A stretch of DNA of 64,000 nucleotides, taken from assembly GCA_046716145.1 (NCBI GenBank), contig JBKJXU010000097.1, positions 9,676-73,675 on the forward strand. Reading direction: 5' to 3'. The position numbers and the translations under genes were made by a program. Positions 48,576 to 59,346 of the stretch are shown piece after piece. How positions within the stretch are numbered: the stretch's first letter is position 1; the number at the start of each line of letters is the position of its first letter. The notes below the pieces were generated by a model. The model saw only the letters and a list, made by a program, of their open reading frames with translations, did no database searches and was not told the origin of the DNA. The stretch comes from Actinomycetota bacterium. Lineage in GTDB: Bacteria > Actinomycetota > UBA4738 > HRBIN12.

Positions 48576-50411
48576 TCACTCCACGGTGACGCTCTTCGCC
48601 AGGTTCCGCGGTTGATCGACATCGCAGCCGCGCAGCACGGCGAGGTGGTAGGCGAGCAACTGCAGCGGCACGATCACGACCACAGGAGACAGCAGTTCGG
48701 GTGTCTCGGGCACCTCGAGCACGTGATCGGCGAGCGACGCCGTCTCGGCATCGCCCTCGGTGATGACCGCGATCACGCGCGCGCCGCGCGCGCGGACCTC
48801 TTGGATGTTGGAGCGCATCTTCGGCAGGACGTGGCAGGTCGTGGCGACCGCGACCACGGGTACGCCGCCTTCGATCAGCGCGATGGGGCCGTGCTTCAAC
48901 TCACCTGCCGGGAACCCCTCGGCGTGTTGATAGGACAGCTCCTTCAGCTTCAATGCCCCCTCGAGCGCGGCGGGATAGCCGGTGTGACGCCCGATGAACA
49001 GCACGTCCGGGGCATCGCGCAGTCGTTCGGCGATGGCCATGACCTCCGGCTCCAGGGCGATCGCCCGCTCCACCCTCTCCGGGAGCCCGTCCAGGTCGGC
49101 CAGCACCGCGGCGATCTCCTCGGGGAACATCGACCCACGGACCTGTGCGAGATACAGGGCCACCAGATACTGCGAGACCATCTGCGTCGCGAACGTCTTC
49201 GATGCCGCCACGCCGATCTCGGGACCGGCGTGCATGTACAACACGCCGGCCGCCTCGCGCGCGAGCGATGACCCGACCGTGTTGGTCACCGCGATGACGT
49301 GCGAGCCCTGCCTCGCCGCATGACGGGCCGCCTCCAGCGTGTCGATCGTCTCCCCGGACTGGGAGACGGCGAGCGTGAGCGTGTCGGGTCCGAGGACCGG
49401 ATCGCGGTAGCGGAACTCGCTCGCGATCTCGATCTCCACCGGGAGCCGCGTCCAGTGCTCGATCGCGTACTTCGCCACCATCCCCGAGTGGAACGCCGTG
49501 CCACACGCCACCACGAAGACCTTGGACACCTCGCGCAACACGTCGTCGGAGATGTGCAGCTCGTCCATGACGAGACGGCCATCCACCGTGCGCCCCGCCA
49601 GCGTGTCGCGGATCGCCGAGGGCTGCTCGTCGATCTCCTTGCGCATGAAGAACTCGTACCCGCCCTTCTGCGCCGCCGCGACGTCCCAGTCGACCTGGAT
49701 CGGCTCGATCGCGACGGCGTTGCCATCGACGTCCGTCAGGCTGAGGCCGGCAGGGCTGATCGAGGCGATCTGCCCCTCGGCGAGCGGCACGACCGTCCGC
49801 GTTCTCCCCAGGACGGCGGGGATGTCGGAAGCGAGGATGGTCTCGCCCTCGCCCAAGCCCACCACCATCGGCGAGGAGACCTTCACGCCCACCATCTCGT
49901 CGGGGAACGCCGCCGAGAGCACGACGAGGGAGTAGGCGCCCTCCATGACACGGAGCACCACGCGAACGGCCTCCGTGAGTGACGTGGCTCCAGCGGTGAG
50001 CGCGTCCTCGATCAGATGCGCGACCGCCTCGGTGTCCGTCTCGGAGGTGAAGGTATGCCCCGCCTTCTCGAGGCGGGCACGTAAGGCTTGGTGGTTCTCC
50101 ACGATGCCGTTATGGATCACGGCGACGCTGCCCGAACAGTCGGTGTGCGGATGAGCGTTCGCGTCGGTCGGCGCCCCGTGCGTCGCCCACCTCGTGTGAC
50201 CCATCGCGGTGGTACCGGCCGGCGCGGGGTCGGCCGCGAGCGCCACTTCGAGCTCACTCAACTTGCCGGCCCGGCGCCGGATCGCCATACCCTCGGGGAC
50301 GACCACGGCGACACCGGCGGAGTCATACCCGCGGTATTCGAGCCTGCGGAGACCCTCCAGGACGATCGGGAGCGCCTCGTCGGGACCCACGTAGCCGACG
50401 ATGCCGCACAT
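48576..50411 (-). CDS. glmS: glutamine--fructose-6-phosphate aminotransferase
   Basis: MCGIVGYVG N-terminal Ntn-Cys, two SIS domains, C-terminal ...KSVTVE. Confidence 0.95.
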   Translation of the reverse strand: MCGIVGYVGPDEALPIVLEGLRRLEYRGYDSAGVAVVVPEGMAIRRRAGKLSELEVALAADPAPAGTTAMGHTRWATHGAPTDANAHPHTDCSGSVAVIHNGIVENHQALRARLEKAGHTFTSETDTEAVAHLIEDALTAGATSLTEAVRVVLRVMEGAYSLVVLSAAFPDEMVGVKVSSPMVVGLGEGETILASDIPAVLGRTRTVVPLAEGQIASISPAGLSLTDVDGNAVAIEPIQVDWDVAAAQKGGYEFFMRKEIDEQPSAIRDTLAGRTVDGRLVMDELHISDDVLREVSKVFVVACGTAFHSGMVAKYAIEHWTRLPVEIEIASEFRYRDPVLGPDTLTLAVSQSGETIDTLEAARHAARQGSHVIAVTNTVGSSLAREAAGVLYMHAGPEIGVAASKTFATQMVSQYLVALYLAQVRGSMFPEEIAAVLADLDGLPERVERAIALEPEVMAIAERLRDAPDVLFIGRHTGYPAALEGALKLKELSYQHAEGFPAGELKHGPIALIEGGVPVVAVATTCHVLPKMRSNIQEVRARGARVIAVITEGDAETASLADHVLEVPETPELLSPVVVIVPLQLLAYHLAVLRGCDVDQPRNLAKSVTVE

Positions 50412-50453
50412 GTAGCTCCCAGGGTACCCGGTGCCTCCGCGGCGGGTTGGACC

Positions 50454-51782
50454 TCAGCCGAGCTCCGCCCGCACCACGTCTGCGATCGACTCCGCGTGCG
50501 TGCGGGCTTCGTCCTGCGTCTCGGCTTCGACCATGACCCGGACGAGCGGCTCCGTCCCGCTCGCCCGCACGAGCACACGACCACGGTCACCGAGCTCGCC
50601 CTCGGCACCGGAGACCGCCTCCCACACCGGTTCCGCCCCGGACAAGGCCTCCCGGTCGCGCACGGTCACGTTCAGCATCACTTGCGGGAAGCGGCGCATC
50701 ACGGCGGCGAGGTCCCCGACGGTCGTACCCCGCTCAGCCGCGAGCGACAAGAACCGTACCGCGGTCAAGAGACCGTCGCCGGTACTCGCATGGGATCGGA
50801 AGATCACGTGTCCGCTCGGTTCGCCGCCGAGCGAGATGCCGTTGGCCTCCATCGCCTCGAGCACGTAGCGGTCCCCCACGGCCGCCTGGACCACGCGGAT
50901 ACGCTCCCGCTGCATGGCGCGGAGGAAGCCGACGTTCGACATGACGGTACCCACCACCGCATCCCCGCCCAGCGAGCCATCCGCCTTCATCGCGATGGCA
51001 CACGCCGCCAGGACCTGGTCACCGTCGATCACGTTGCCCTCGGCGTCGGCGAACAGAGCTCGATCCGCGTCTCCGTCATGAGACACGCCGGCGGCGGCGC
51101 CGAGGCGCACGACCGCGGCGGCGACGACGTCGGGATGTAGCGCCCCACACCCGTCGTTGATGTTGGATCCGTCGGGCTCGGCGTTGATGGCGGTGACATC
51201 GGCACCCAGGCGCCGAAGGACCTCCGGAGCAAGCACCGACGCAGAACCGTTCGCGCAATCGACGACCACCCGCATCCCATCGAGCCGCGTCAACGCCGAG
51301 TCCAGCAGATGCCCCAGATAGCGCTCCCGGCCCTCCTCGGAAAGCTGGCGCACTTCTCCAGAGGCGTGCTCGCCCCACTGCTCGGTCATGGCGGCCTCGA
51401 TCTTGTCCTCGAGCGCGTCGGAGAGCTTCATCCCGGCGGAGGAGAAGAGCTTGATGCCGTTGTACTCGGGGGGGTTGTGCGACGCGGAGATGACGATCCC
51501 GCTCGATGCCCCCAGATCAATCGTCAGGAACGCGATCGCGGGCGTCGGCTCGACCCCAGCGAGCCACGCATCGCCGCCGGCCGACGTGATGCCCTCGACG
51601 AGCGCCGACTCCAGCCATACGCCCGAGGAGCGGGGATCACGACCCACCACGAAGGCGGGCCGGGGCCCAGCCCTGTGACCGAGGACGCGGACCGCCGCGA
51701 CCCCCAGGTCACGGGCGAGATCCGCGGTCAGTTCGGTACCGGCCAGGCCGCGCACGCCGTCGGTGCCGAAGAGCCGTCCCAT
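50454..51782 (-). CDS. glmM: phosphoglucosamine mutase
   Basis: MGRLFGTDGVRG..., active-site SASHNP. Confidence 0.95.
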   Translation of the reverse strand: MGRLFGTDGVRGLAGTELTADLARDLGVAAVRVLGHRAGPRPAFVVGRDPRSSGVWLESALVEGITSAGGDAWLAGVEPTPAIAFLTIDLGASSGIVISASHNPPEYNGIKLFSSAGMKLSDALEDKIEAAMTEQWGEHASGEVRQLSEEGRERYLGHLLDSALTRLDGMRVVVDCANGSASVLAPEVLRRLGADVTAINAEPDGSNINDGCGALHPDVVAAAVVRLGAAAGVSHDGDADRALFADAEGNVIDGDQVLAACAIAMKADGSLGGDAVVGTVMSNVGFLRAMQRERIRVVQAAVGDRYVLEAMEANGISLGGEPSGHVIFRSHASTGDGLLTAVRFLSLAAERGTTVGDLAAVMRRFPQVMLNVTVRDREALSGAEPVWEAVSGAEGELGDRGRVLVRASGTEPLVRVMVEAETQDEARTHAESIADVVRAELG

Positions 51783-51814
51783 GAGGCGGCACCCTACCGC
51801 AGGCTCGGCGCGGC

Positions 51815-52210
51815 TCAGCCGAGCAGTTCATCGATGAGCTCGCGAACGAGCCCGTCGATCTGGTCACGGATGACACCGACCGCCTCGAGGGGAAGTCCGG
51901 ACGGGTCGTCCAGTTGCCAATCCAGGTATCGCTTCCCGGGGAAGACCGGGCATGCGTCGCCGCAGCCCATCGTGATGACGACATCGGCCACCTCCACGGC
52001 CTCGGTGGTGAGTGCCTTCGGACGCTCCTCGGCAACGTCGACGCCGATCTCGGCCATCGATCGTATGACCGTCGGGTGCAGGGTTTCGGACGGCATGGTT
52101 CCTGCCGAGCGCACATCGATACGTTCACCCGCATGCCGCGCCAGGAGCGCTGCGGCCATCTGCGATCGTCCGGCGTTGTGGACGCAGACGAACAGGACGG
52201 ACGGCACCAC
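51815..52210 (-). CDS. low-molecular-weight phosphatase family protein (ArsC-like arsenate reductase / LMW-PTP)
   Basis: CVHNAGRSQMAAAL P-loop (CX5R) at N-terminus, 131 aa. Confidence 0.6.
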   Translation of the reverse strand: MVPSVLFVCVHNAGRSQMAAALLARHAGERIDVRSAGTMPSETLHPTVIRSMAEIGVDVAEERPKALTTEAVEVADVVITMGCGDACPVFPGKRYLDWQLDDPSGLPLEAVGVIRDQIDGLVRELIDELLG

Positions 52211-52279
52211 GCCGCAAGGCTACCCGGCCTGGATCGACGCCGGTCGGACGTGGGCCGCCACGTGTGCGACGATGTCGGG

Positions 52280-52537
52280 ATGAGCGACCTGGTCCGGGTC
52301 TATGCGAGCGGGGACACGTTCGCCGCCGAGCTGATGCGAGCACGCCTGCAGGCGGAGGACATCGCCGTGCTCGCGAAGGGCGAGGGCGAGGGCCCCTACC
52401 GCGTGGGACCCGTCTACCTCTTCGTCCCGGAACCGGACGCGATCCGCGCGAAGGCGCTGGTGGACGCGGTGGAGTCCGGCGCGTTCGCGATCAACGATGA
52501 CGACGTGTTCGAGCCCGCCGAGAGCGACGCGGACTAG
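52280..52537 (+). CDS. small DUF2007-like protein (putative signalling/ribosome-associated)
   Basis: 85 aa MSDLVRVYASGDTFAAELMRARLQAEDIAVLAKGEG... resembles the DUF2007 family. Confidence 0.4.
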   Translation: MSDLVRVYASGDTFAAELMRARLQAEDIAVLAKGEGEGPYRVGPVYLFVPEPDAIRAKALVDAVESGAFAINDDDVFEPAESDAD

Positions 52538-52926
52538 CGCTTGGAATACTGCGGCGCCTTCCGGGCCTTCTTGAGCCCGTACTTGCGACGCTCCTTCTCT
52601 CGCGCGTCGCGCCTGAGGTAACCCTCGGCCTTCAGCTGGGCCCGGAGTTCGGGATCGACCTCGAGCAAGGAACGGGCCACACCCAAGCGCACCGCGCCCG
52701 CTTGCCCTGCGACCCCGCCGCCCTTCACCGTGGCTACGACATCGAAGTCCTTCTCACGACCGATGGACACGAGCGGAGAACGGGCGACCATGCGAAGGAC
52801 CCGGGTCGGGAAGAACTCGTCGATGTGACGGCCGTTGACGGAGAAGGCTCCGGACCCCGCCACGAGACGGACGCGCGCGACCGCTTCCTTGCGGCGTCCC
52901 GTGATGAGCTTGTCGGTGACAGGCAC
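52534..52926 (-). CDS. rpsI: 30S ribosomal protein S9
   Basis: C-terminal ...ARKAPQYSKR. Confidence 0.95.
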   Translation of the reverse strand: MPVTDKLITGRRKEAVARVRLVAGSGAFSVNGRHIDEFFPTRVLRMVARSPLVSIGREKDFDVVATVKGGGVAGQAGAVRLGVARSLLEVDPELRAQLKAEGYLRRDAREKERRKYGLKKARKAPQYSKR

Positions 52927-52932
52927 GTCTGG

Positions 52933-53562
52933 TTACTCCTCGGGAGTCTCGGGCGCCTTCGTCGGCGCGGCCTTCTTCGCCTTCGGCTTCGCGGTCGTCG
53001 CCTTCGCCTTCGGTTTCGCGGTCGTCGCTTCAGCCTTGGCTTCGGCGGTCGTTGCTTCCGGCTTCGTGACTGGCTTCTCCGCCTTCAACGGTGTGGCGCT
53101 CGGTGCGGGCAAGCCCTCCCACACGGGGCGCTCCCCCACCGCGAGAGAGACCGGCTGCTGTGCGGCGTGGGGATGCTCCGGTCCAGCAACCACGTGCAAC
53201 TTCTTGAGCATCTGGCGGCCGAGCGTGTTCTTCGGCAGCATCCCTCGCACCGCCCTCTCGACGGCCGCGATCGGCCGCAAGGACAGGAGGTCACCGTAGG
53301 AGACCGCTGTGATGCCGCCCGGGTAACCGGAGTGGCGGTAGGCGAACTTGTCCGTGGCCTTGTTGCCCGTCAGTTCTATCTTGTCGGCGTTGATGATGAT
53401 GACGTGGTCGCCCGTGTCCATGTGCGGGGCGAACATCGGCTTGTGCTTGCCCCGCAGCAGGGTCGCTACCTGGGTCGCCAGGCGGCCGAGGACCTGCCCG
53501 CTGGCGTCCAGCACGTACCAGCGGTGCTCGATGTGATCCGGCTTGGGTGAGTAGGTCTTCAT
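52933..53562 (-). CDS. rplM: 50S ribosomal protein L13 with Lys/Ala/Thr-rich C-terminal extension
   Basis: N-terminal 145 aa canonical L13; C-terminal about 60 aa low-complexity tail ([31 protein letters not shown]). Confidence 0.9.
   Translation of the reverse strand: MKTYSPKPDHIEHRWYVLDASGQVLGRLATQVATLLRGKHKPMFAPHMDTGDHVIIINADKIELTGNKATDKFAYRHSGYPGGITAVSYGDLLSLRPIAAVERAVRGMLPKNTLGRQMLKKLHVVAGPEHPHAAQQPVSLAVGERPVWEGLPAPSATPLKAEKPVTKPEATTAEAKAEATTAKPKAKATTAKPKAKKAAPTKAPETPEE
52975..53055. repeat. 3 x 27-bp tandem repeat inside rplM 3' end
   Basis: cttcgccttcggcttcgcggtcgtcgc / cttcgccttcggtttcgcggtcgtcgc / ttcagccttggcttcggcggtcgttgc, encoding the KA-rich tail. Confidence 0.7.
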
Positions 53563-53738
53563 ACGCGAAAAGGGGTTCCTACGTGGAAGTGCCGGCCCAG
53601 GCGGGCCGACCGGATAGGCATGCTACCTGCGAGAACGTGCCCACGTCAAAAGGCGTAGCATCGCGCCGCGAGGCCGCTCCGCCGCCGTGGCCTCGGAGAC
53701 CGGCGCCCCGCCGGTGCCGGCGAGATGGAGGAGGGTTC

Positions 53739-54194
53739 ATGGTACGACCACGCATCGTAGCCGCAGGCGTTCTTGCGGTCGTCGCGCTCGCAGCGTGCGG
53801 GAGCGACTCGTCCGCTCCGAGCGGGGGCGGCGGCGGGACGGTCGCCGTCACACTGCAGGAGTTCGCCATCACAGCGGTCCCGGCGACCGTCGCGGCGGGA
53901 AGCGTCACCTTCGAAGCGACGAACAACGGCCCGGATGACATCCACGAGATGGTGGTGATCAAGACCGACCTCGATCCGACCGCTCTGCCTACCAAGGACG
54001 ACGGCAGCGTCGACGAGGCGGGCGAGGGCATCGAGGCGATCGACGAGATCGCCGGATTCGACCCGGGGAACACCGAGTCCCTGACCCTCGACCTCGAAGC
54101 CGGCGCCTACGTCTTGATCTGCAACATCTACGACGCCGATGAGGTCGAAGCCCATTACGAGAAGGGCATGCGCCTGGCGTTCACGGTGACGTAG
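53739..54194 (+). CDS. lipoprotein (hypothetical; possible cupredoxin-like domain)
   Basis: Lipobox VVALAACGSDS after signal peptide; SD GGAGGAG upstream of ATG 53739. Confidence 0.5.
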   Translation: MVRPRIVAAGVLAVVALAACGSDSSAPSGGGGGTVAVTLQEFAITAVPATVAAGSVTFEATNNGPDDIHEMVVIKTDLDPTALPTKDDGSVDEAGEGIEAIDEIAGFDPGNTESLTLDLEAGAYVLICNIYDADEVEAHYEKGMRLAFTVT

Positions 54195-54209
54195 AAGGAC
54201 CCGCTTCGA

Positions 54210-54971
54210 TCACGCCGGCCTACGGGCACGAACGATGGCGCCGTGCATGCCGTCGGTGAGCTCGTGGGTCGGCGTGATCTCGACCTCTTCGAACCCCGCT
54301 CGCTCCAGCAACGACCGATACTCCGCGAACGAGAGCTCACCGGCGATGCACCCCACGTAAGATCCGCGCCGTTGCCGGTCCTCCGCCGTGAGGTGGTCCT
54401 CGGCCACGACATCGCTGATGCCGACCCTTCCCCCCGCCCGGAGCACGCGCGCGATCTCACGGATGACCGCCGGCTTGTCGGTGGAGAGATCGATCACACA
54501 GTTCGAGATGACCACGTCCACTCTGGCGTCGGGGAGCGGCACGTCTTCTATCAGCCCCGGGGGAACTCGACGATCGTCGCTCCGGCCCGCTCGGCGTTCT
54601 CCCGCGCCAGTCGGAGCATCTCCTCGGTCATGTCGAGGCCGTAGGCCTTCCCCGTGGGTCCCACGCGCTGGGCGGAGAGCGAGACATCGATGCCGCCGCC
54701 CGAGCCGAGATCCAGGACGGTCTCGCCTTCGCGCAGGTCGGCCACCGCGGTGGGGTTGCCGCACCCGAGGCTCGCGAGGACCGCCTCTTCGGGCAGGCTT
54801 CGCGCTCGTGGGCATCGTAGATCTGCAGCCCGAGGCCTTCGGAGGGGTCGCACGAGCCGTCGCCGCACTCATCCTCCGCAGCGCCTGCGCCCTGCAGGAC
54901 CGTCCTGGCCGCTCGAGCGCGTACCGTTCGCGCACGTCCTCCCGGAGATCGCTCATACCGTCCCCTTCCAC
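54210..54971 (-). pseudogene. arsM: arsenite S-adenosylmethionine methyltransferase ArsM, disrupted by multiple frameshifts
   Basis: Successive ArsM segments lie in three different frames: [13 protein letters not shown] (frame of 54971), [26 protein letters not shown] (frame of 54993), [38 protein letters not shown] (frame of 54868), then [24 protein letters not shown]...(first frame again). Confidence 0.55.
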
Positions 54972-55348
54972 GCCGCCGGATCGAGAGCGTCACGCAGCAA
55001 CTCGAGCGGAGCGGGGACCAGCCGGTAGTGGACCCATCGCCCGCGCTTCTCCCGAGCCACGATCCCCGCGTCGTGCAGCACCTTCAGGTGGTGCGAGACG
55101 GTCGGTTGGGACAGCGCCAGCGGATCGGTCAGATCACAGACGCACACCTCGCCTCCGTCCGCGGCCAACAGGCTCAACGATCGAAGGCGGGCCGGGTCGG
55201 CAACCACCTTGAGCGCATCCGCGAGACGTTCGGCTTCGGCATCCCCCAACGGTGCGGCGACGACGGGCACGCAGCAGGCCTCGTCGATCTCCTGGATGAG
55301 CCGCAACGCCATGGGCGACATATCGACACTGTTCGATCTATCCGTCAC
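54953..55348 (-). CDS. arsR: ArsR/SmtB-family metalloregulator
   Basis: [22 protein letters not shown]; Cys pair CVC in the metal-sensing position. Confidence 0.8.
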   Translation of the reverse strand: MTDRSNSVDMSPMALRLIQEIDEACCVPVVAAPLGDAEAERLADALKVVADPARLRSLSLLAADGGEVCVCDLTDPLALSQPTVSHHLKVLHDAGIVAREKRGRWVHYRLVPAPLELLRDALDPAAWKGTV

Positions 55349-55371
55349 CCCAGAGGGCGCTCTCGAACCCG

Positions 55372-56136
55372 CTACGCGAAGGTACGGCGACCGTAGACCA
55401 CCCGTTCGAGGGTCAACCCACGCGTGGGAGCCGGAGATGACGCTGCAGAGCGATCCCGGGCCGCGAGGATCGCCTCGGCGTCCGCGGCCGCCATCCTGCC
55501 CTCTCCCACCGCGACCATCGTGCCCACCAAGGAGCGGACCATCTGGTGCACGAACGCGTTCGCGCGGATGCGGATCTCCACGCTCGCGCCGGTACCGCCC
55601 ACGGTGAACCGTTGGATCTCCCGCACGGCCGATCGTCCCTCACCGGGGTGCCGGCAGAACGCCGAGAAGTCGTGCTCGCCCACGAACGACCGAGCGGCTT
55701 GGCGCATGGCCGGAACACGGAGCGCACCTGGACGGTGCCAGGCGAACCGAGCATCGAACGGATCGGGAAGGGGCGCGGTATCGATCACGTACCGATACTC
55801 GCGAGCGCTCGCCGAGAAGCGGGCATCGAACCCCGCCGGCGCGACCGACGCGCGCGTGATCACCACCTCGGGCGCCACCGCGGAGTTCAAGGCCGCCTGC
55901 AGACGCTGGGGCGTGACGCGTGTGTCCACCACGAACGACGCGACCTGCCCCCGTGCGTGCACCCCCGCGTCCGTGCGGCCCGCCACGGACAGTCGTGGCC
56001 GCTCGCGGAGGATCCGCTCGAGATGATCCGACAACGTGCCCTCGATCGTCCGGATGGACGGATCACCCTGTGCGGCCCAACCCCGGAACCCGGTCCCGTC
56101 GTAGGCGAGGTCGAGCCTGATCGTCCGCTCCGTCAC
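55372..56136 (-). CDS. truA: tRNA pseudouridine(38-40) synthase
   Basis: LAYDGTGFRGWAAQ... TruA signature. Confidence 0.9.
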   Translation of the reverse strand: MTERTIRLDLAYDGTGFRGWAAQGDPSIRTIEGTLSDHLERILRERPRLSVAGRTDAGVHARGQVASFVVDTRVTPQRLQAALNSAVAPEVVITRASVAPAGFDARFSASAREYRYVIDTAPLPDPFDARFAWHRPGALRVPAMRQAARSFVGEHDFSAFCRHPGEGRSAVREIQRFTVGGTGASVEIRIRANAFVHQMVRSLVGTMVAVGEGRMAAADAEAILAARDRSAASSPAPTRGLTLERVVYGRRTFA

Positions 56137-56199
56137 GGGCCCAGGCTACGACGAAGGCCCGGGCCTGCGGCCCGGGCCTTCGAGGTCGAAGCCTGTGAG

Positions 56200-56562
56200 C
56201 TACTCGCCTTTCACGACGAGTTCGATGCGGGCCATCTCGGCGCCATCGCCCTTGCGCGGGCCTAGCTTGAGGATCCGCGTATAGCCGCCTTGACGTCCCT
56301 CGAAACGCGGCGCGATCTCGTGGAACAGCAGCGCAACGATCTCGCGATCGGGGATGTCCTTGAGCACCTCGCGACGCGAGGCCAGGTCACCCTTGCGCGC
56401 CTTGGTGATGAGCTTCTCCACGTACGGGCGCAGCACCTTGGCCTTGGCGACCGTGGTGTCGATGGCCTCGTGCGTGAACAGCTGCTTCGCCAGCGTCGTC
56501 AGGATCAGCCGCTGGTGGTCAGGACCGCCCCCGAGGCGAGGACCCTTCTTGGGAGTGGGCAC
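56200..56562 (-). CDS. rplQ: 50S ribosomal protein L17
   Basis: [21 protein letters not shown]... Confidence 0.95.
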   Translation of the reverse strand: MPTPKKGPRLGGGPDHQRLILTTLAKQLFTHEAIDTTVAKAKVLRPYVEKLITKARKGDLASRREVLKDIPDREIVALLFHEIAPRFEGRQGGYTRILKLGPRKGDGAEMARIELVVKGE

Positions 56563-56569
56563 GGGCGGC

Positions 56570-57499
56570 TCACTCCTCCCGAAGGCCCAGGCCCAGCTCT
56601 TCGAGCTTGAGCTTGACCTCGTCGATGGATTTCTGCCCGAAGTTGCGGATGTCCATCAGCTCGCCTTCGGACTTCTGGATCAGATCGCCCACGGCGTTGA
56701 TGCCCTCGCGCTTGAGGCAGTTGTAGGAGCGCACGGACAGGTTCAGCTCCTCGATGGTGATCTGGTAGTCACCGGGAACCTCCTCGTCCTCCGCAGGTCC
56801 CACCGAAACGCTGGCGGCTTCGGCCAGGTCCGAGAACAACTGGACCAGTTCCAGGAGGGTTCCCCCCGCCGAAGCGAGCGCCTCACGTGGAGACATCGAT
56901 CCGTCGGTCTCGACGTCCAGGATCAGTCGGTCGCGGTCGGTCATCTGCTCGACGCGCGTGTTCTCCACGGCGTAGGAGACCTTCCGCACGGGCGAGAAGA
57001 TCGAGTCGACCGGCACCACGCCGATCGGATCGCGGGCCTTCTTGTTCTTGTCGGCCATGCGGTAGCCGACGCCGCGCTCCACGGTCATCTCCATCTCTAG
57101 CGACCCGCCCTTGCCGATGGTGGCGATGTGCAGATCGGGGTTCAAGATCTCGATGCCGGCCGGCGGAGCGACGTCACCGGCGGTGACCTCCGCGGGCCCC
57201 TTCGACTTGAGGTAGATCGTGGTGGGCTCGTCCAGATCGGAGCGCACCACCAGCTCCTTCAGGTTCAAGATGATGTCGGTGACATCCTCGGTGACCTTGG
57301 GGACGGTGGTGAACTCGTGGAGCACCCCGTCGATCCTCACCGCCGAGATGGCGGCCCCGGGGATCGACGAGAGCAGCGTGCGGCGGAGCGAGTTGCCGAC
57401 CGTGTACCCGAAACCGGGTTCGAGCGGCTCGATGGTGAACTTCGACCTGATCGGCGAAAGAACGTCTTCACTGATCTGCGGTCTCGCGACGATGAACAA
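56570..57499 (-). CDS. rpoA: DNA-directed RNA polymerase subunit alpha
   Basis: 309 aa; ...[27 protein letters not shown]..., C-terminal domain ...[13 protein letters not shown]. Confidence 0.9.
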   Translation of the reverse strand: MFIVARPQISEDVLSPIRSKFTIEPLEPGFGYTVGNSLRRTLLSSIPGAAISAVRIDGVLHEFTTVPKVTEDVTDIILNLKELVVRSDLDEPTTIYLKSKGPAEVTAGDVAPPAGIEILNPDLHIATIGKGGSLEMEMTVERGVGYRMADKNKKARDPIGVVPVDSIFSPVRKVSYAVENTRVEQMTDRDRLILDVETDGSMSPREALASAGGTLLELVQLFSDLAEAASVSVGPAEDEEVPGDYQITIEELNLSVRSYNCLKREGINAVGDLIQKSEGELMDIRNFGQKSIDEVKLKLEELGLGLREE

Positions 57500-57595
57500 C
57501 GTGCATCCCTCCTCGGCGGGGGTTCATCCACTTCGACCCCGCCCTCTTGGGGCGTCCCGGACCGCGGATCAGATGCGGCCGGGGGTGCTGCCGCG

Positions 57596-57988
57596 TTAGA
57601 CGCGGCGGCGCTTGCGTGGCCGGCACCCGTTGTGCGGTACCGGTGTGACATCTTGGATCCCGGCGATCTCCAGACCGGTGGCCGCCAGCGATCGGATCGC
57701 CGTTTCGCGGCCCGACCCCGGACCCTTCACGAACACGTCGACCCTCTGCAGACCATGTTCCTGCGCCGTGCGCGCCGCCTTCTCGGCTGCGAGCTGCGCC
57801 GCGAACGGCGTGGACTTGCGGGAGCCCTTGAAGCCCACGTTGCCGGCGCTCGCCCAGGACAGCGTGTTGCCCTGCAGGTCGGTGATCGTGACGATGGTGT
57901 TGTTGAACGTCGACTTGATATGCGCCTGCCCGTGCGGGACGTTCTTCTTCTCGCGACGTTTCGTCTTCTTGGTCTTCGGCTTCGCCAT
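57596..57988 (-). CDS. rpsK: 30S ribosomal protein S11
   Basis: Canonical S11. Confidence 0.95.
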   Translation of the reverse strand: MAKPKTKKTKRREKKNVPHGQAHIKSTFNNTIVTITDLQGNTLSWASAGNVGFKGSRKSTPFAAQLAAEKAARTAQEHGLQRVDVFVKGPGSGRETAIRSLAATGLEIAGIQDVTPVPHNGCRPRKRRRV

Positions 57989-58003
57989 GGAACCGGTGCT
58001 CCC

Positions 58004-58384
58004 CTACTTCTTGGTCGCCTTCTTCTTGCCGGCGATGGTCTTCTTCGGCCCCTTGCGGGTACGCGCGTTCGTGTGCGTACGCTGGCCGCGCACCGGCAGG
58101 GAACGGCGGTGGCGGATGCCCTGGTAGCACCCAATCTCGATCTTCCGTTTGATGTCTTGGGCGACCTCACGGCGGAGGTCACCCTCGACCTTGAGATTCG
58201 CGTCGATGAACGCCCGGATCTTCGAGACCTCGTCTTCGGAGAGATCGCGGACCTTGGTGCCGCCCTCGATGCCGGCACCCGCGACGATCGCGTAGGCGCT
58301 CGTGGGACCGACCCCGTAGATGTAGCGCAGGGCGATGTCCAGACGCTTGTCGCGCGGGAGGTCGACGCCGGCGATACGTGCCAT
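58004..58384 (-). CDS. rpsM: 30S ribosomal protein S13
   Basis: [14 protein letters not shown]... Confidence 0.95.
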   Translation of the reverse strand: MARIAGVDLPRDKRLDIALRYIYGVGPTSAYAIVAGAGIEGGTKVRDLSEDEVSKIRAFIDANLKVEGDLRREVAQDIKRKIEIGCYQGIRHRRSLPVRGQRTHTNARTRKGPKKTIAGKKKATKK

Positions 58385-58402
58385 CTGGTGACTCCTTCTC
58401 CC

Positions 58403-58516
58403 TCAGCCCTGGCGCTGCTTGTGACGTGGGTTCGTGCAGATCACCATGACGCGGCCGCGCCGACGGATCACCCTGCAGCGATCGCAGATCTTCTTCACCG
58501 ACGGACGGACCTTCAT
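58403..58516 (-). CDS. rpmJ: 50S ribosomal protein L36
   Basis: [37 protein letters not shown] (37 aa, internal Met of a longer track ORF). Confidence 0.9.
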   Translation of the reverse strand: MKVRPSVKKICDRCRVIRRRGRVMVICTNPRHKQRQG

Positions 58517-58523
58517 ATCTGCC

Positions 58524-58742
58524 TCACTTGTACCGGTACACCACGCGACCCCTGGTGAGGTCGTACGGTGACAGCTCCACCCGGACACGATCCCCCGGCA
58601 GGATCCGGATGTAGTGCATCCGCATCTTGCCCGAGATGTGTGCGAGCACCTTATGCCCGTTCTCCAATTCGACCCGGAACATGGCGTTGGGCAAGGGCTC
58701 CACGACGGTGCCCTCCACCTCGATCGCGTCGTCCTTCGTCAC
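58524..58742 (-). CDS. infA: translation initiation factor IF-1
   Basis: GTG start; [72 protein letters not shown]. Confidence 0.9.
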   Translation of the reverse strand: MTKDDAIEVEGTVVEPLPNAMFRVELENGHKVLAHISGKMRMHYIRILPGDRVRVELSPYDLTRGRVVYRYK

Positions 58743-58905
58743 TCTTTCGGATGTCCTGTCTTCGAACGGATCCCGAGCCCGGGCGCGCGAACAGCACACC
58801 TCGTGCAGGGGCGAACAGGAAGTATAGGTGCAGGTCGCGCGGTCTGTCCACGCAGGCTGCAAGGGTCCCGCTCGGGTTACGAGCGCCACGGGAGGTGCGG
58901 TTAGC

Positions 58906-59346
58906 CTAAGCCGTCGAGGACGGGCAGAACTCCTGACGCATCGGGTGGTCGCTCCCCAGCTCCAGGCACAGGGCGTGGAGGCGAGCCAGGAGTTCCCGCT
59001 CGACCAACCACTCATCGTCGGCGGGTATGCCGGCGTACCGAGGGTCGGTCAAGCTCGATCCTGGGAGGTCGATCCGCCATAGATGGAGCATCCACTCCGC
59101 GACCTCGTCGTCTCGAAGTTCATACGCCCCCGTTCGAGACATCCAACTATCAACGCGAGAAGCCAGCTCTCGTTCGATCATCGTGCCGTCCGAGCGGATC
59201 CCCGCCGGGATCGGCGCCACTTCGGCCAACTCCTCGAAGCCCGCCGCCAGTGGGTCGCTCGGACCCGTGCCCGCCTTGGCCCCGATCGCGAACACAGCTG
59301 AAGCGACGACCAGCGCGCCTACTCCTGCGATCCGCCTGCCTATCAT
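58906..59346 (-). CDS. hypothetical secreted protein
   Basis: 146 aa with signal peptide ([21 protein letters not shown]); sits between map and infA. Confidence 0.4.
   Translation of the reverse strand: MIGRRIAGVGALVVASAVFAIGAKAGTGPSDPLAAGFEELAEVAPIPAGIRSDGTMIERELASRVDSWMSRTGAYELRDDEVAEWMLHLWRIDLPGSSLTDPRYAGIPADDEWLVERELLARLHALCLELGSDHPMRQEFCPSSTA

Noticed and set aside
57128-58558. 476-aa plus-strand ORF
   Set aside because: Antisense to rpoA, rpsK, rpsM and rpmJ, all of which are canonical.
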